A stretch of DNA of 64,000 nt, from NCBI RefSeq assembly GCF_004010195.1, contig NC_057719.1, forward strand, positions 63,112,478-63,176,477. The letters are read 5' to 3'. Of this stretch, positions 12,791 through 25,688 are shown piece after piece. Every line of letters starts with the position of its first letter. Position 1 is the first letter of the stretch. The notes under the pieces are model-generated. The model searched no databases and had not been told where the DNA came from. It was given only the letters and a program-made list of their open reading frames with translations. The position numbers were made by a program, and so were the translations under genes. This stretch comes from Chiloscyllium plagiosum (lineage: Eukaryota).

Positions 12791-13255
12791 TTTAGTTCCT
12801 TCCTCAGAACCTTTAGCTTTCTTTGTAATTTTTCACCTTTCAGAAGGACCTGAATTTTCTTTCCATCATTTCTTTTCACAAATGTCTATTTGGGATCAAC
12901 TGTCGATATCTTGGTTATAATGGGCTAAAGCTTTCTTTGAGATAATGACAGCTGGAAAGAAGGAGTTGAATCAATGCATTGGGTTTTTCTGCAAGGACAG
13001 CTGCATGTTGACCATGTATATCTTTATTAATGCAGGAAATGCGTCAACAGATTCATGGAGTCAGGACTAGGATGTGAGTGGCAAATTCCAGAACTTGCTG
13101 CTTTATGTCAACATACTCTTTGCTTTGCACAAATTGCATCTCACAATCAACCTTCCCATTTTCTTGAAGAACATGGATTTGCACACTTATTACCATTTCA
13201 TTCTTGACAGGGTGTTAAAATCTGCTAATTATTATTGTAATTATCCTTTTTCACA

Positions 13256-15565
13256 TTTTTTTTATTGAGAAAGGTTTTTATTTTTTACAACTTACAGAAG
13301 TATAAGAGGTAGTATAACATGCATATGTTACAAAAACATTAACAATAAACTATCGACTACTCTACAAAGCAAACCAAAACTATCACAAAGGTACAGAACA
13401 ATCTTTCCACATTACAATTTGATAAATAATTGAACTTAGCAAATTAGTTTAAATTAACTTTAATTATACTAGACCAATCTAACGTAACTTAGATTAGGTC
13501 AAATTAGATAAAATCAACTTAAATTAAATTAAATAACACCACCCGACATACCCCCCACTGAGACTCCCATCCACAGGACCATCAGTTATTATACCCGTAT
13601 TTATTCAAGTTTTCTCCCCCCATGGCCCCCAGACCACTAAATCCAGCTTTCACAGCTATACAAAGGCCGGGGTCAATATGGCTGACAAGTCCATGTGTAC
13701 GTGGTTTAAAAAGGGCCAGCACATCTTGTGTAATAGTTCCGTTTTCTGGCGCACCACATTCATAAGAAAATCGAGACAACGTGCTCCATCACGAATCTAC
13801 GCCACGCCATGAGACCTGAGGGTTTATCTGAGGTCCAGCTCATTAAAATGTTCTTCCTTGCACTATACGTGAGAATGTTGAATAATCTCTTCCTGTGTTC
13901 ATCCAGTAAAGGCAGATTCGGCAGTCCCAAAAGGAGGAATACCAGATCTGCCTTAACTTCAATTCCCAGGATCCCCTCCACCTCACTCACTATGGCACTC
14001 CAGTACCTACGGATCTTACAGCAAGTCTCAGACAATGTGTGAGGATGCAGGTGCTTGTTTTACATTCAAGGCACCCTGGAGATTCTCCTTTCTTGAATGT
14101 TACTAATCGCTCCAGGGCCATATGGGCTCTGTGGAGAATCTTCAGTTGCATAGCCTGTGCTTTATTGCATATTGAGAGCTTTTTCACATTTTCCCATATG
14201 TCCTCCCGTGTTTCAGACCAAATTTCCACCCCTAGTTCCTGACCCAAAACCCAAAAAGGATATTGGCAACCCCCTCCCAACTCTGAAGATTTTGTTTTAT
14301 CCTTTCAAACAATTGCACAAAGTTAGCTCTGTACAGCTGGTGGAAAGTGGAGGTAATAAAAATACCCAAGTAAAGCAAATCATTCTGTGACCACCGGAAA
14401 GGAAGTTGTTCTCCAGGTCAGGCACTCCCACCAAGCCCCCCCACGGACATGGCTTCTGGTTTTGTAAAGTTAATTTTATACCCCAAGAATATGCCGATAA
14501 ATTAATCTTTTGTATTAACTGGGGAACAGAGTTTTCCAGGTTAGCCGAAAAGAGAAGAACATCATCAGAGTAGAGAGTGATTTTGTGCTCTCCCATTCCT
14601 CCCTTTGGGGCAATTATTTTAGAGTTCTTCTGAACTGCCAGTGGTTCAATTACTAAGGTGAATTGCAGCAGCCAGAGAGGACACCTTTGTCAGCTGCCTC
14701 TCCCAATGCTGAAATTATCTGGTTTTACTCCGTTCATATGGACCGCCACCATAGGCTCGTTATACAGCACTGCCACTCACCCAACAAAAGCAACCCCAAG
14801 GCCAAGATGTTTCAGGACACCAAAAAGATATGGCCACTCCCCGTGGTCAAATGCCTTTTCTGCGTCCAAGGAAACCACCAAGCCTGGAATTGACCTCTGC
14901 TGACATACCTGTACTATATTGAACACTCTCCTGATACTATTGGAAGAGCTACAACCCTTAATAAAACCTGTTTGGTCTTCCTTTATGATAGTGGGCAGTA
15001 CCTTCTCCAATCTCAAAGCTAGCCTTTTCGACAGGATTTTAAAATCTACATTCAACAGTGAGATAGGTCTATACGAGGCACAGTCCTCAGGACCTTTCTC
15101 TCTCTTTTTAGAATAAGGGAGATATTGACCTCCCTAAGAGGGCGGAAGGCAGTCCTGGCTGAATGAGTGATTGTACATCCCCAATATTGGCTCAGTCAAC
15201 ATGGTTATGAACTCCCTGTAGAACTTGCTCGGAAACCTAACCAGGCCAGGTGTTTTGCTACCTTGGAGCTGCCTTACCGCCTCTTGTATCTCTTGTATTG
15301 TTCAGGGTGCATTCAAAAGAGAAGCTTGCTCTGCATTTATACCTGGAAGGTCCAGATTCTCATAAAAGGATTCCATCCTTGCTACTCCATCCTCACAACC
15401 CTCCAACTGGTATAACTCTGCATAAAATTTCCTGAATATTGTATTAATCTTCTTAGACTCACAAGTGATAGTGCCAGTTCCCTCCATAAGCATCACTTTA
15501 CTTGGGTTATGGTGCAGAACCCAGCAGAGCAGATCCATCAGATCGCCGCCATCTTGGATTCTCCC
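13256..15565 (-). mobile_element. L1-clade LINE, internally deleted
   Basis: RT motifs NVDFKILSKRLALRL...DQTGFI...SLDAEKAFD and LYSDDVLLF. A-tail with AATAAA at ~13256-13266. 5' end GGGAGAATCCAAGATGGCGGCG at 15565. Confidence 0.9.
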
Positions 15566-15814
15566 TGACATCATGATTGTTAAGCTATACTAATCATACC
15601 TTTTGGTTCATAAAACTCACAATTTAAAGTCTTCCATCTTATTCATTCATGTAGTTAGTAGTTGTTTGGAATTTTTAAAATGTCAAATTGTATGTTTTTT
15701 GCTTTTACTTTTCTCTTTTGTCTCTTTTATTTCTCTCAAACCAATCTTGCAGTCCTTTGCCTTACTTATTTCTGATCCTTCAGTTTACTGTAGCCTTTTC
15801 TCTGTTATTGGCTT

Positions 15815-16150
15815 ATCATTGGACCAGTAATCCATAGACCAAGCCTAATATTCAGTAGAAATGGCTTTTAATCTGATAGTGGCAGCTTGGTGAAATTTGA
15901 ATCCAGATTTTTTTTAAAACCTACCCTAATGACAACTATGTAACCACTGCTGATTGGTTGAAAACCTTTCTGGTTCATTGATGTCCTTTAGATAAGCAAA
16001 TCTGCCATCCTTACCTGATCTGGCCTACATGTGACTCCAGACCCACAGCATTATGGTAGACTCCTAACTTACCATCTAGGAAATTAGGGATGGGCAATAA
16101 ATGCTGGTCCAGCTGACAATGTTCACAGCTCATGACTGAATAAATAAAAC
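15815..16150 (+). mobile_element. tRNA-derived SINE with CR1-like tail (family B)
   Basis: Core ctggttcattgatgtcctttag...ggcctacatgtgactccagacccacagc and tail gggatgggcaataaatgctgg. Homologous to copies at 24635, 33645 and 52205. Confidence 0.75.
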
Positions 16151-18479
16151 TTCTACTTTCTTGGTGTTGAATTGGATTGTGCTAGGTGGTCACTTGACTG
16201 ACCCTTCATATCAAACGGTTTGAAAAACAATTTGCTGGTGTTGGAGTGAGTCCTGGATGGAGGCCATCATGTGTAGGCAGTGTGGTCTAGTGTTCTGGGG
16301 CTGGCGGGCACGGATTCATGTTGGAGGGGGCTTGGAACTTAAGTTATTTTGTAGTCACTTTTTATTATCCTTCTAGACTTTCTAAATCCTATTCACATGC
16401 TTACTTTTTTAAACTCTGTAACAACACTTAAAGTATCTGTACCTAGGTGGCACCGAGAGGCGACATTACAAAGGTGACAATAAAGGTGAAGCTACTTCTG
16501 TGAAAATCACACTTCCTGAAGAAGATAGATACAGGTTCTACTGGTAAGACAGTAAAGTATTTAAGGTGAATGATGTGCTTTAGGCAGAGATTCTTGAACT
16601 TGCTTTTGGTAAGGCTCCCTTGAAAATTCTTGCCTATTGTAGTGCCTTCTCTTTTTAAGAATCGTTGGGTGGTACTGGGGGTGGGTGGGGTGTGGTGGTT
16701 GGAATTAGATTTTGCAAGCAGCATGAAATAGGCGAACATGAATGAACATTTTGCTTTCTTCCATGAATTCCATTGGTTGAAGACATTATAAATGGGCAGC
16801 CAGCTTGGGCAGCCTTTTTTCTCAAATGGCAACTAACAGTTTCAGCCCTTGCCCATGCCCACCTCTGTAATTTTACACAGACTACGAGGAGTCTATAATC
16901 TCGCTAAAACAAAGTGATATAAATAGCACAGCACCAGCAGTAAATAATTGGATAAACTTGTGCATATAAGAAAGCTTGATGATTCACTCCTACCTCAGTG
17001 AGTGGGATGAGCCTGTTTGCTCGCACACAACTTCTGTAATCTAGTGATTTTTATCCTTATTTTGATGTAAGTAATTGAAGCAAATCTCACATCCCACAGA
17101 CATGTCAAGACAAAAGTGGACAAGGATTACTGTAACTCTTTGAGGCAACTCAAGGGAGTTATTTTTGAATTACAATTGAGAACTGGTCAAAATGGTTTTG
17201 TAAGTAATAAAACAATGTTTTTTTCTCCTACATGCATGGTTACTTGTGGATAATCAATAATTTGGCGTGTTCAGAAAGGGACAGGGGTTTGAGTGATAGT
17301 AAGTACTAAATCATCATAGTGGTATGTGGGACCAAAGGGATTGAGTGAAGAGCATTAGTCTGCCTAAGTTACCTTGAGTGGGGCATGTGGACCGTGAAGG
17401 GGGATGAGGGAGGTGTCAGGAGTAGACGGGTGTTTTACAATTCTTCCCTTTTGGAGAAGTGAGATCCCCTTTGAGTCTGGTCCCGGGACGGCATTGGTGG
17501 AGGCAAGGCATCCTTTGCAGTTGTGAGGTGGTATGCTTGTTCGTAAAAAGTACATGGGTTCACTCGGGCCAGCAAAGTTGTCATGAAACTATCAAGAAAA
17601 AAAAATTGAGGCTAAACAAAATATTTCAGATTGTATGTTGACAGAAAACAATGATACAATTTATGCTGCATAACTCATGTCCCAAATTATAATTTTCACA
17701 AGGTCGTGTTCAGTGGTGGACAGCTTCAACTGCTTATTCAATGTTTGCTAACATAATGGTTACAGTCATAATTGGAATGTTTGCTTACATAAATCATTGA
17801 GCACATTAATAAAATGTTTGCTTACATAATGGATTAAATGACACAATTTCACTGTATTGCATAAATCTTGTGACAAAAACTTTTTTTTCAATAGAGATAG
17901 ACTGATAATTTTGTTTTCTGTCAGAATGTCTCATGGGTTCCTTACCCATAAGACCTCCTTGGCCTATATGTATACAATATTATGATTGTGCCTGGTTGTT
18001 AGTTTGTCTCATGCTATAAGCTACGCACACAAGAATCACTTGGTTTACTATAACGTTTGATTCATAACATGTAATGTGTTTTACCATTTTAAGTAGACTA
18101 ACCAGCATAATTAACCAAATCCAGATGAGTGATTGACTATTATACCATTATCAGTGACATGACATGGTGAACAGCAGTGTAAAATATTGTGCTAATGAAG
18201 CCTTTCATTCTTGAACAATATGAAAAAAAATTAATCTACAGGTAGAACATATGCTTGACAGTCTTAAATTGTGCTAAAGCGCATAAGACAAACCTCGAAA
18301 TCTTTTATTCATTGCAGCATTAAAGAGTGCTAAAAGGAAACATTTGTTAATAGACATACAAGCGCCCAGCAAGAGCCAGTTCTAACTCATTTGAGAAAGT
18401 CAAGTGATCAGGGTTTGCATCAGATCAGGAGCAAACAAGATGAGGTTGAAGGAATTTGTTCAGAATATCCACAGAATTC

Positions 18480-19300
18480 CCTATTTTAAATTGAGAGACA
18501 GCAGACTCCTACCAGAATTTAAATGTTTAAGCTATATTCAGAGTATGGTCTCGAGATTCAGGAGTGCCCACTGCCTAAAAAATAAGCCATTAAATTTGGT
18601 TAGTAATTAGAAACTGAAGGCTACACAGACTTAACAGCTGAAGAGCTAAACGTTCCCTTGAAGAAGTGGATCACATGAGAAGACCTGTTCAGCGTCAACT
18701 TGAACTTTGTATTCAATGACAAGAATTCACATCACTTAGACAGAAGAGAATCCATGGGCCACTTCCCTAGCAGATGTACAGAAAAGGATCCATTATGTGA
18801 TTTTCCAGAAGGGAAAGTAGCAAAAAGAATTGTTGAATTGGTGATTGCATCCTTATTCATGGCAGCTTTTCAAGAAGGTTTGATAGAAAAACAAAAGACT
18901 TATACAGTTGACGAGCTATCAAAGGATGGGCAAAATTCAAAATGCAGTCACTGAAGCTTATAGTTCTGATTACAAGCTTAAACAGTTGACACAATCACTA
19001 GAAAACCTAAATATAACAAGACATGTGGATGTTGTGACATTTTGTAGCACCAAGGAAATATCCAGCTTCAATCAGTTTTGCAAGGCATGTAGAGGAGAAA
19101 GTGAGGTCTGCAGATGCTGGAGATCAAAGTTGAAACTTTATTGCTGGAACAGCACAGCAGGTCAGGCAGCATCCAGGGGACAGGAGATTCGACGTTTCGG
19201 GCACAGGCCCTTCAAGGCATGTAGAGGAAATTGTCACTAACAGAGAGGCAGTACACTAAAGCAAACACTAATGCAACTGCATAGAATTGTGCACTGACCC
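18480..19300 (+). mobile_element. Decayed Ty3/Gypsy gag-like remnant
   Basis: The 18700 ORF peptide ESMGHFPSRCTEKDPLCDFPEGKVAKRIVELVIAS...FQEGLIEK resembles the Gypsy gag major-homology region. Recognised by eye only. Confidence 0.5.
19097..19212 (-). mobile_element. PLE terminal-repeat insertion, single arm
   Basis: gaaagtgaggtctgcagatgctgg...gacgtttcgggcacaggccctt flanked by the 16-bp repeat caaggcatgtagagga (19081-19096, 19213-19228). Confidence 0.9.
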
Positions 19301-19754
19301 AAGCAGTGACCATCAAATATTCCCACCAGAGTTGGTTATAGGAAGTGATTGACAAACCAGAATCTGATGACTACAAGTGGAGAACACATTTTACACTGAA
19401 AATCTCATGGAAAACATCAATGTCATCAAAACGGCCAAAGTGTTTTCAAAACTGCTAATTATCTTTCCTCGGACAATTAGTTATTGTCATTGATTTAACA
19501 TTGTCATAAGAGCAAATTCCAGTATACCACCTCTGAATTCATATATCCACAGGCAGGCAAAGACATGAGAAAATGTACAAAAGGTCAAACTTCCAGCATA
19601 CCACAGTTCATCATAGAATAGAATAGTCTTTATTGTCCAAAATCAATTGTGTGGAATTCATCAGCACTAAGAAATTCTTTAAGATTATGGCCAATCTGCC
19701 TAGACCTCTTCTTTTGTGGCAGCTTGTAATAGCCTTCAACTATTCTATTTCAAA

Positions 19755-20340
19755 AACAATCTATCTCCTCTTTAAATACAATGTGATCTAACCTCCACAA
19801 CGTTCTGGAGTAAGAAATGCCAGACATTCACTAACTTCTGAAAGAAGGAATTCTTTCGCATTTCACTCTTAAATGAGTGTCCTCTTATTCTGTAATTATG
19901 TTCCTTAGCTTGAGATTCAGTCACTAGTGGCGATGACTTCTCAACGGCTATGCTGTCAAGCCCCTTCTGAATCTTGTATGCTTCCATAAGATCACCCCAT
20001 ATTCTTCTAAACTCTAATAAATAAAGGCCGAAACTGTTTAGCCATTCTTGATCCCTCAATCTCTTAATCCCAGGAACCATCCTAACAAATCTTTTTTTGA
20101 GCTGTCTCCAATGCCAGTACATCCTTCCTTGATATGGGGACCAAAACAGGACAGAATAATACAGAAGCAATCCCACCTACATCCTGTACAGTTATAACAA
20201 TCCTTCCCAACTTTTAAACTCCAAGCCCCAAGTATTAAAGCCAAAATTCCATTTGCCTTCTTAATTGCTTCCTTTATTTGTATGCTAACTTCTTGTGTTC
20301 ATGCACAAAAATAACCAGATCACCCTGCACTGTACTTTTT
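19755..20340 (-). mobile_element. CR1 3' fragment
   Basis: Minus ORF FWSPY...GDLMEAYKIQKG...MRKNSFFQKLVNVW. Confidence 0.85.
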
Positions 20341-20723
20341 CAAGTATCACACAAGTATAGTCAACCTGACTGGCCGTCATGGATGCTCTACAACAAAGCC
20401 ACCAATAGACTAGCAATTTCAAGTATCCCAGTTATATTGTGTGATCTCACACAAGTCACAGCCCATGGATCAATCAAACATCAGAAACACAACTGAGACT
20501 GCAGCGTATTCAAGAAACATATGTAGAATTGAATATGAGAAAAGAGTCTAGTGAGATGGATTGATTGACATGGGCACGTCAAGGATGATGGAGGTTGAGT
20601 AAATGGACATAAGATGGCATAGTGAGTTGTTTCACCATGCAGGGTGTGTACATGGGCATGGGTTGACATGGATTGGCACAGATAGAGCATGAAGAGTGAA
20701 GGAGTGAGATTACAGGGATGTTC

Positions 20724-20938
20724 ATAGAGTCACAGAGGGATACAGCACAGAAACAGATCCTTGGGTCCAATCAGTCCATAACTAACTAGTCCCACCGGCC
20801 CATATCCGTCTAAACCTTTCTTATTCATGTATTAATCCAAATGTATTTTAAACATTGTAATTGTACCCACATCCACCACTTCCTCAGGAAGTTCATTCCA
20901 CACTTGAGAACCACCCGCTGTGTAAAACATTTGCCCCC
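20724..20938 (-). mobile_element. HER1-type CR1 3' fragment
   Basis: VWNELPEEVVDVGTITMFKIHLD followed by the HER1 tail. Confidence 0.85.
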
Positions 20939-20940
20939 GT

Positions 20941-21620
20941 GTGGCTGTTGGTTTGTGTGCTGTTATAAGTCCTAGTGGTCGCAGTAGTCTGGCTGTCATT
21001 TCAGAGATGTTCTTGATATATGGTAGTGTGGCTAGTCCTTTGGGTTGCCCCAAACCAACAGCCACACTCAGACAACAACTCACCAGAACGAAGGACCTGA
21101 TACCCAGCATGAGCAAAACTAATGTAGTGTACAAAATCCCAAGCAAGGACTGCACAAAACACTATATAGGACAAACAGGAAGACAGCTAACGATCCGCAT
21201 CCACGAACATCAACTAGCCACAAAACGACACGACCAGCTATCCCAAGTAGCCACACACGTAGATAACAAGCAACATGAATTTGACTGGGACAACACTACC
21301 ATTATAGGGCAAGCGAAACAAAGAACAGCCAGGGAATTCCTAGAAGCATGGCACTCATCCACAAACTCCATCAACAAACACATCGACCTGGACCCAATAT
21401 ACCGGCCACTACAGCGGACAGCTGAAACTGACAACCGGAAGCGGCAGGGACAGGCCACTATAAATGCCGGAGGAAACACCACAGAAGCGCTTCACAGGAG
21501 GCTCCCAAGCACTGAGGATGTCACCTAGACAGGGGACGAAACGTTTGCAACAAAAACTTCCAGCTCGGCGAACAGAACCACAGCAACGAGCACCCGAGCT
21601 ACAAATCTTCTCACAAGCTT
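20941..21620 (+). mobile_element. Penelope/Poseidon-type element 3' part: GIY-YIG endonuclease domain and terminal repeat, with an inverted 5' segment
   Basis: NVVYKIPSKDCTKHYIGQTGRQLTIRIHEH...REFLEAWHS is a PLE GIY-YIG domain. 20941-21049 encodes the preceding LPYIKNISEMTARLLRP on the minus strand. Confidence 0.93.
21509..21548 (+). ncRNA. Minimal type I hammerhead ribozyme motif
   Basis: gca CTGAGGA t gtcacct agac aggggac GAAAC GTT tgc. Conserved core, stem II, and gca/tgc stem I are all present. Confidence 0.8.
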
Positions 21621-23299
21621 ATTTTTTAACGGACACAATAGTGATAAGGTCAAACTTAATCAGCTCCATCCATCCAACCTTTGTGTTAGACATTAATCTT
21701 GCATTGAAATTCTTTCACATACAACCTAACACTAAGTTCTCAATAAATTCTGTGTGCAATAAGACTTAACATTCACTTATTAAAAACTTATAAATTACAT
21801 GACCACTAGACCTAGGTTGTTTTTTTGTTCATGCTTAATTTGATGAAATATTAAAATAGTTGCAAGTAATAAAATCAGATCGTCTTACTCCTTATAAATA
21901 ATAAATCTGAATTTGTTTCTGAAGGGGGTCTGCTCCATTCATTAGTGTTATATCAGGCTTGAGTCCATTACACTTCGCACAGCTCTGATATTTGATTGGG
22001 CAACTTGTCAGTTTATACCTGTCCTTATAAATTGGGGTTATCCAGGCAAGTGTATCATTACAATTTTAGTGTCACTTGGGACTTTGTTTTTATCCTCTCT
22101 AGCCTTGTTTCTAAATTATTTCCAGAACATAGTCAGGGATTTTCTCTCTTGCTTGTAGGCATTTTTTATTTCACTCGCAAATGCTAATTTATAGCCTGAT
22201 GGAAGATACCTAAGTTGGGCTATGTGAGTGACACCATGGAGAATTATTTGTACAATTAGGGTTCACAAGTGATTTGAACATGACTGTCCCCGCAGCATGT
22301 TCTGGATTAAGCCCTTATTGTTTTTGGTAGGTTATGAAAAGCAGATCCTTCCTGTGTCACACCCTTAATGATTGCATGTGTGACGCATTCAATCCATGAA
22401 ACTCAGATCATTTTAATGAGCTGTGTGTCTGTGCAGTTATGAAGTTACAGAGTTGCACTACTTGACAACTTCTGAAGCTCACATTCTCCACCTGTCACTT
22501 ACTCAGAGTCAGACTCACTCAACTGAGTGCAGAAATGTGGCCAGTTTTTGCACAGCTGTCAGCATCAAGAAAATTGTCACCGCATATGATCGAAAAGAAT
22601 GTGATGGTTTGAAAACCTATTTTAAAAAAGAACATGGAGCCATGTTTATTTTCTTGTGGGAACTGCACCAGAATAAATTAAGTGTTGTAAATAAGTTACA
22701 AGATTGACGCTTGACATGTTGAATTGTTCTTATTGAAGGAAGAATCATGGTAATCATGGGTAACATTCGGTAAGTGACAGGAAAAGCAGTCATTGTAGTC
22801 TATAAAATGTCTTCACATAAGTAATTTAAATGGAAGCCTGTCTGCCTGGGGTGGCTGATGGTAAACATCCCATCATGTTATTTGCAGAAGAGAAAAGTTT
22901 ATCTTGTATCATTTGACATTTCCCTGGTAAAGCCTGCAAGGTGGTCATTTGTTCATTTGTGGGACCTCGTGTGCATTTTAAATAACTTATTTGCCCTGCA
23001 AGATCAAGGTTTCACTTGGGAATAAAAACCTACTGTCTGTGAAACATATTGAGATGTCCTGAGAATGGATTAGGCATTAAAGAAATAAGTATTATTTCTT
23101 CTCCCTTACAAGCTGTTTTATTCTCCTTCTTAGCAATTTTGTTTGCTTCTATTCAAAATAAGAATAACTTTAATTTATGTAGAAATTTTAAAGCAGTACA
23201 CTGTCCCAAGGAAATTGACAGGAGTGCTGTTTGTTTTATTCATCACATTGCATGCTTAAGAGCTTGTTTTGGGTGGATTGAAGCCCTTGTCTTCAGTCC

Positions 23300-23820
23300 C
23301 TGCTGCTGATTTAGTTTCCCAGTCACTGTTTCAATTCCTCTCCCTGGCAACAGAAACTGAGTTAGAGTGCTTGCAATCTTGGGTGTTATGTTTGACCATG
23401 AGTTGATTTCCCAACTGCACAAATGTCCCATCACCAAGGCTACCTACTTCTATCTCTATATGGTTCAACCTTGATCCACCCTTAGCACATCAGGCAATAG
23501 AATAGTCATGTATGCATTTGTTGTCTCTAGACTTCATTATTCCAACACTCCCCTGGTCAGTCTCTTATCTTCACCTTGCTTAAACTTGTATTCATCCTAA
23601 ACTCTACTAGCTGTATCCTAACTTGCAACTCTGTGCTTGCTGACCAACTCAAGATAAGGAAGGTTGAGTGCATGGAAGGACTTGAAAACAAGGGTCAGAA
23701 TTTTAAGGTCAGGGCATTGATGAACCAAGAGCCAGTGTAAGTTACTCAGCACAGGGTAATGAGTAAACGCGATTGAGTGTAACTTGGGACATAAGCTGCA
23801 GATTATATTCAAGTCAATGA
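23300..23820. mobile_element. Old L2 LINE fragments in both orientations
   Basis: ctagacttcattattccaacactcccctgg on the plus strand. The minus peptide PVLSNLHWLLVHQCPDLKILTLVFKS is a typical L2 C-terminus. Confidence 0.7.
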
Positions 23821-24049
23821 ACTTTTATTAATTTTTTTATCTCTTACTTATATGACGTGAAATGTTAATAATTGACTTCTTGCAATTCCTCACACCATTT
23901 GATCTGCAAGGTCTCATAAGTAACACTAGATGGTGCACCATAACAAAAGTAAGAAAACAGAGTAAGTGACTATCTAATATATGTAAAAGAAAAGCCAGTC
24001 TGGAAAAGGATTGTATTATTGACATAGATAAGCAGAATTGCTGTGTGAC

Positions 24050-24450
24050 ACAACAACAACAACATGTGCTTATATAACAACTTTAACATCATGGAGCATT
24101 CCAAGGCACTTCACAGGAGCATGATAAAACAAAGTGTAACAATCAGGTGACCAAAACTTTAATCAAAGAGGTAGTGGTCTTCAAAGAGCACACTAAAGGA
24201 GGAAAGTAAAGTGAAGAGTAATGGGGAAAAATCCAGAGCTTGAGGCCAAGGCAACTGAAGGCCTGGCCCTTAAGATAGCACCATTACACTTGGGAATTCA
24301 GTCGATGCTGGAAATAGATCATCTCAGATTTCAGAGAGAATTGTGGCCTCGAAGTATTTACAGAGATAGGGAGAAACAAGGGTATGGAAGGGTTTGAAAC
24401 AAAAATGGGAATTTTAATGTCAAGGTGTCATTTGCCTGGGAGCCAACCTG
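24050..24450 (-). mobile_element. Old L2 3' fragment
   Basis: (caa)n tail followed by tgcttatataacaactttaac...aaggcacttcacagg, the reverse complement of the L2 3' end. Confidence 0.6.
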
Positions 24451-24634
24451 GCTGGGAGTTTTTAATTTTTCACACTTCATCTGAGCCAAATCTACATTTT
24501 GATATTAAAATTGCTCCCAACGTCACAAGAACAGAGTGAGACACCAAATCCAAATATGCAAAATTTCATGTACTTTTGAAAATTTTACATGTGTTCCTTG
24601 TTTGATTCAATAACTGTAATAATGGCAGCAGGTT

Positions 24635-24975
24635 TTTTAAAATTTGTTCATGCTTGTGGGCATGGCCAGCATGTATAGCCCATCCCTAATTGCAAGAGCC
24701 ATTTCAGAGGGCTCTTAACAGTTAACCACATTGCTGTCCACCTGGAGTCATGTGTAGATCAAACCAAGTAAGGACCACAAATTTCTTTCCCTGAAGAAAC
24801 ATTAGTGAACCAGATGGGTTTTTACAACAATAGTTATGTGGTTGCCAATGGCTGACATTTAATTTCAGGCTTTTATTAAATCCAAATGTCTCTATCTACC
24901 ATGGTGGGATTCAAGAACATGATGTGGGGTCTGAATGACCAGCCCAGTTATGTTATAATAATGACACTACCTCCC
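24635..24975 (-). mobile_element. tRNA-derived SINE (family B)
   Basis: gcccatccctaattg...ggagtcatgtgtag...cattagtgaaccagatggg. Confidence 0.75.
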
Positions 24976-25489
24976 ATTCAGTTAAATAATATTGTATGCA
25001 TTCAATGGGTATTGAATTATGCTAATCAGAGGTCCAGAAAATTGTCTGAAGATAGTTCCCTTTAACTCAAACAAGCAGTAGGCTGCTCTATGTTGACATA
25101 TCCAATGTCTTTTTGTCTTCATTGTTTTCTTCAATGGGCGAAACTTCCTTGAGCTACTTCAAGCGACATGATGAATATTTTTTGCTTGAAAGCACTGAGG
25201 ACAATATATCTACAAGTAAGTGAATAAATCAAACAGTCTCTAAGACTCATCCATCATTTTTTTTTGCAAAAGAGAATTTAACTGCAATAATAGCTGATAG
25301 AATCCACTGTTTAACATGAAATATGGAACTTGATCCACCATTAAATATTAACTGAAAAAAGAAGTAAGATGTCACTTGTAAACATTAAATATATTGACCA
25401 CTTTTAGATGATGGTGCATGTCAGAATGTCAAAAATGTAGGTAGCATTATTAAGGTACTTTTGGTTAATAAACCATTTGAAAACAAGTC

Positions 25490-25688
25490 CAGGCAGTCTG
25501 TGGGTTGTGAATAGGTTCTGTTCTTGAGTCAGTTGACAAGTTGATTTGAATGCAAGTTGGAGCATAATGTAGAACAATATAAAAGAACTGTTAATAAGTG
25601 CAGGAAACATTGGTATGTGGGTCTTTAAAATTCTACCCTGCCTCGGTTCATGTTCATAAGTACGAGCGTTCATAAATTGGGGACCCCA
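25490..25688. mobile_element. Decayed Tigger-like MITE
   Basis: Ends caggcagtctgtgggttgtgaa and ttcataaattggggacccc resemble degenerate Tigger TIRs. Confidence 0.4.

Noticed and set aside
17740..17832. CRISPR-like repeat-spacer pattern
   Set aside because: The repeats are only ~17 bp, there are three units, the context is vertebrate and no cas genes are present.
25079..25221. Open frame ending at a gtaagt donor
   Set aside because: The acceptor lacks a polypyrimidine tract and the peptide is unrecognised.
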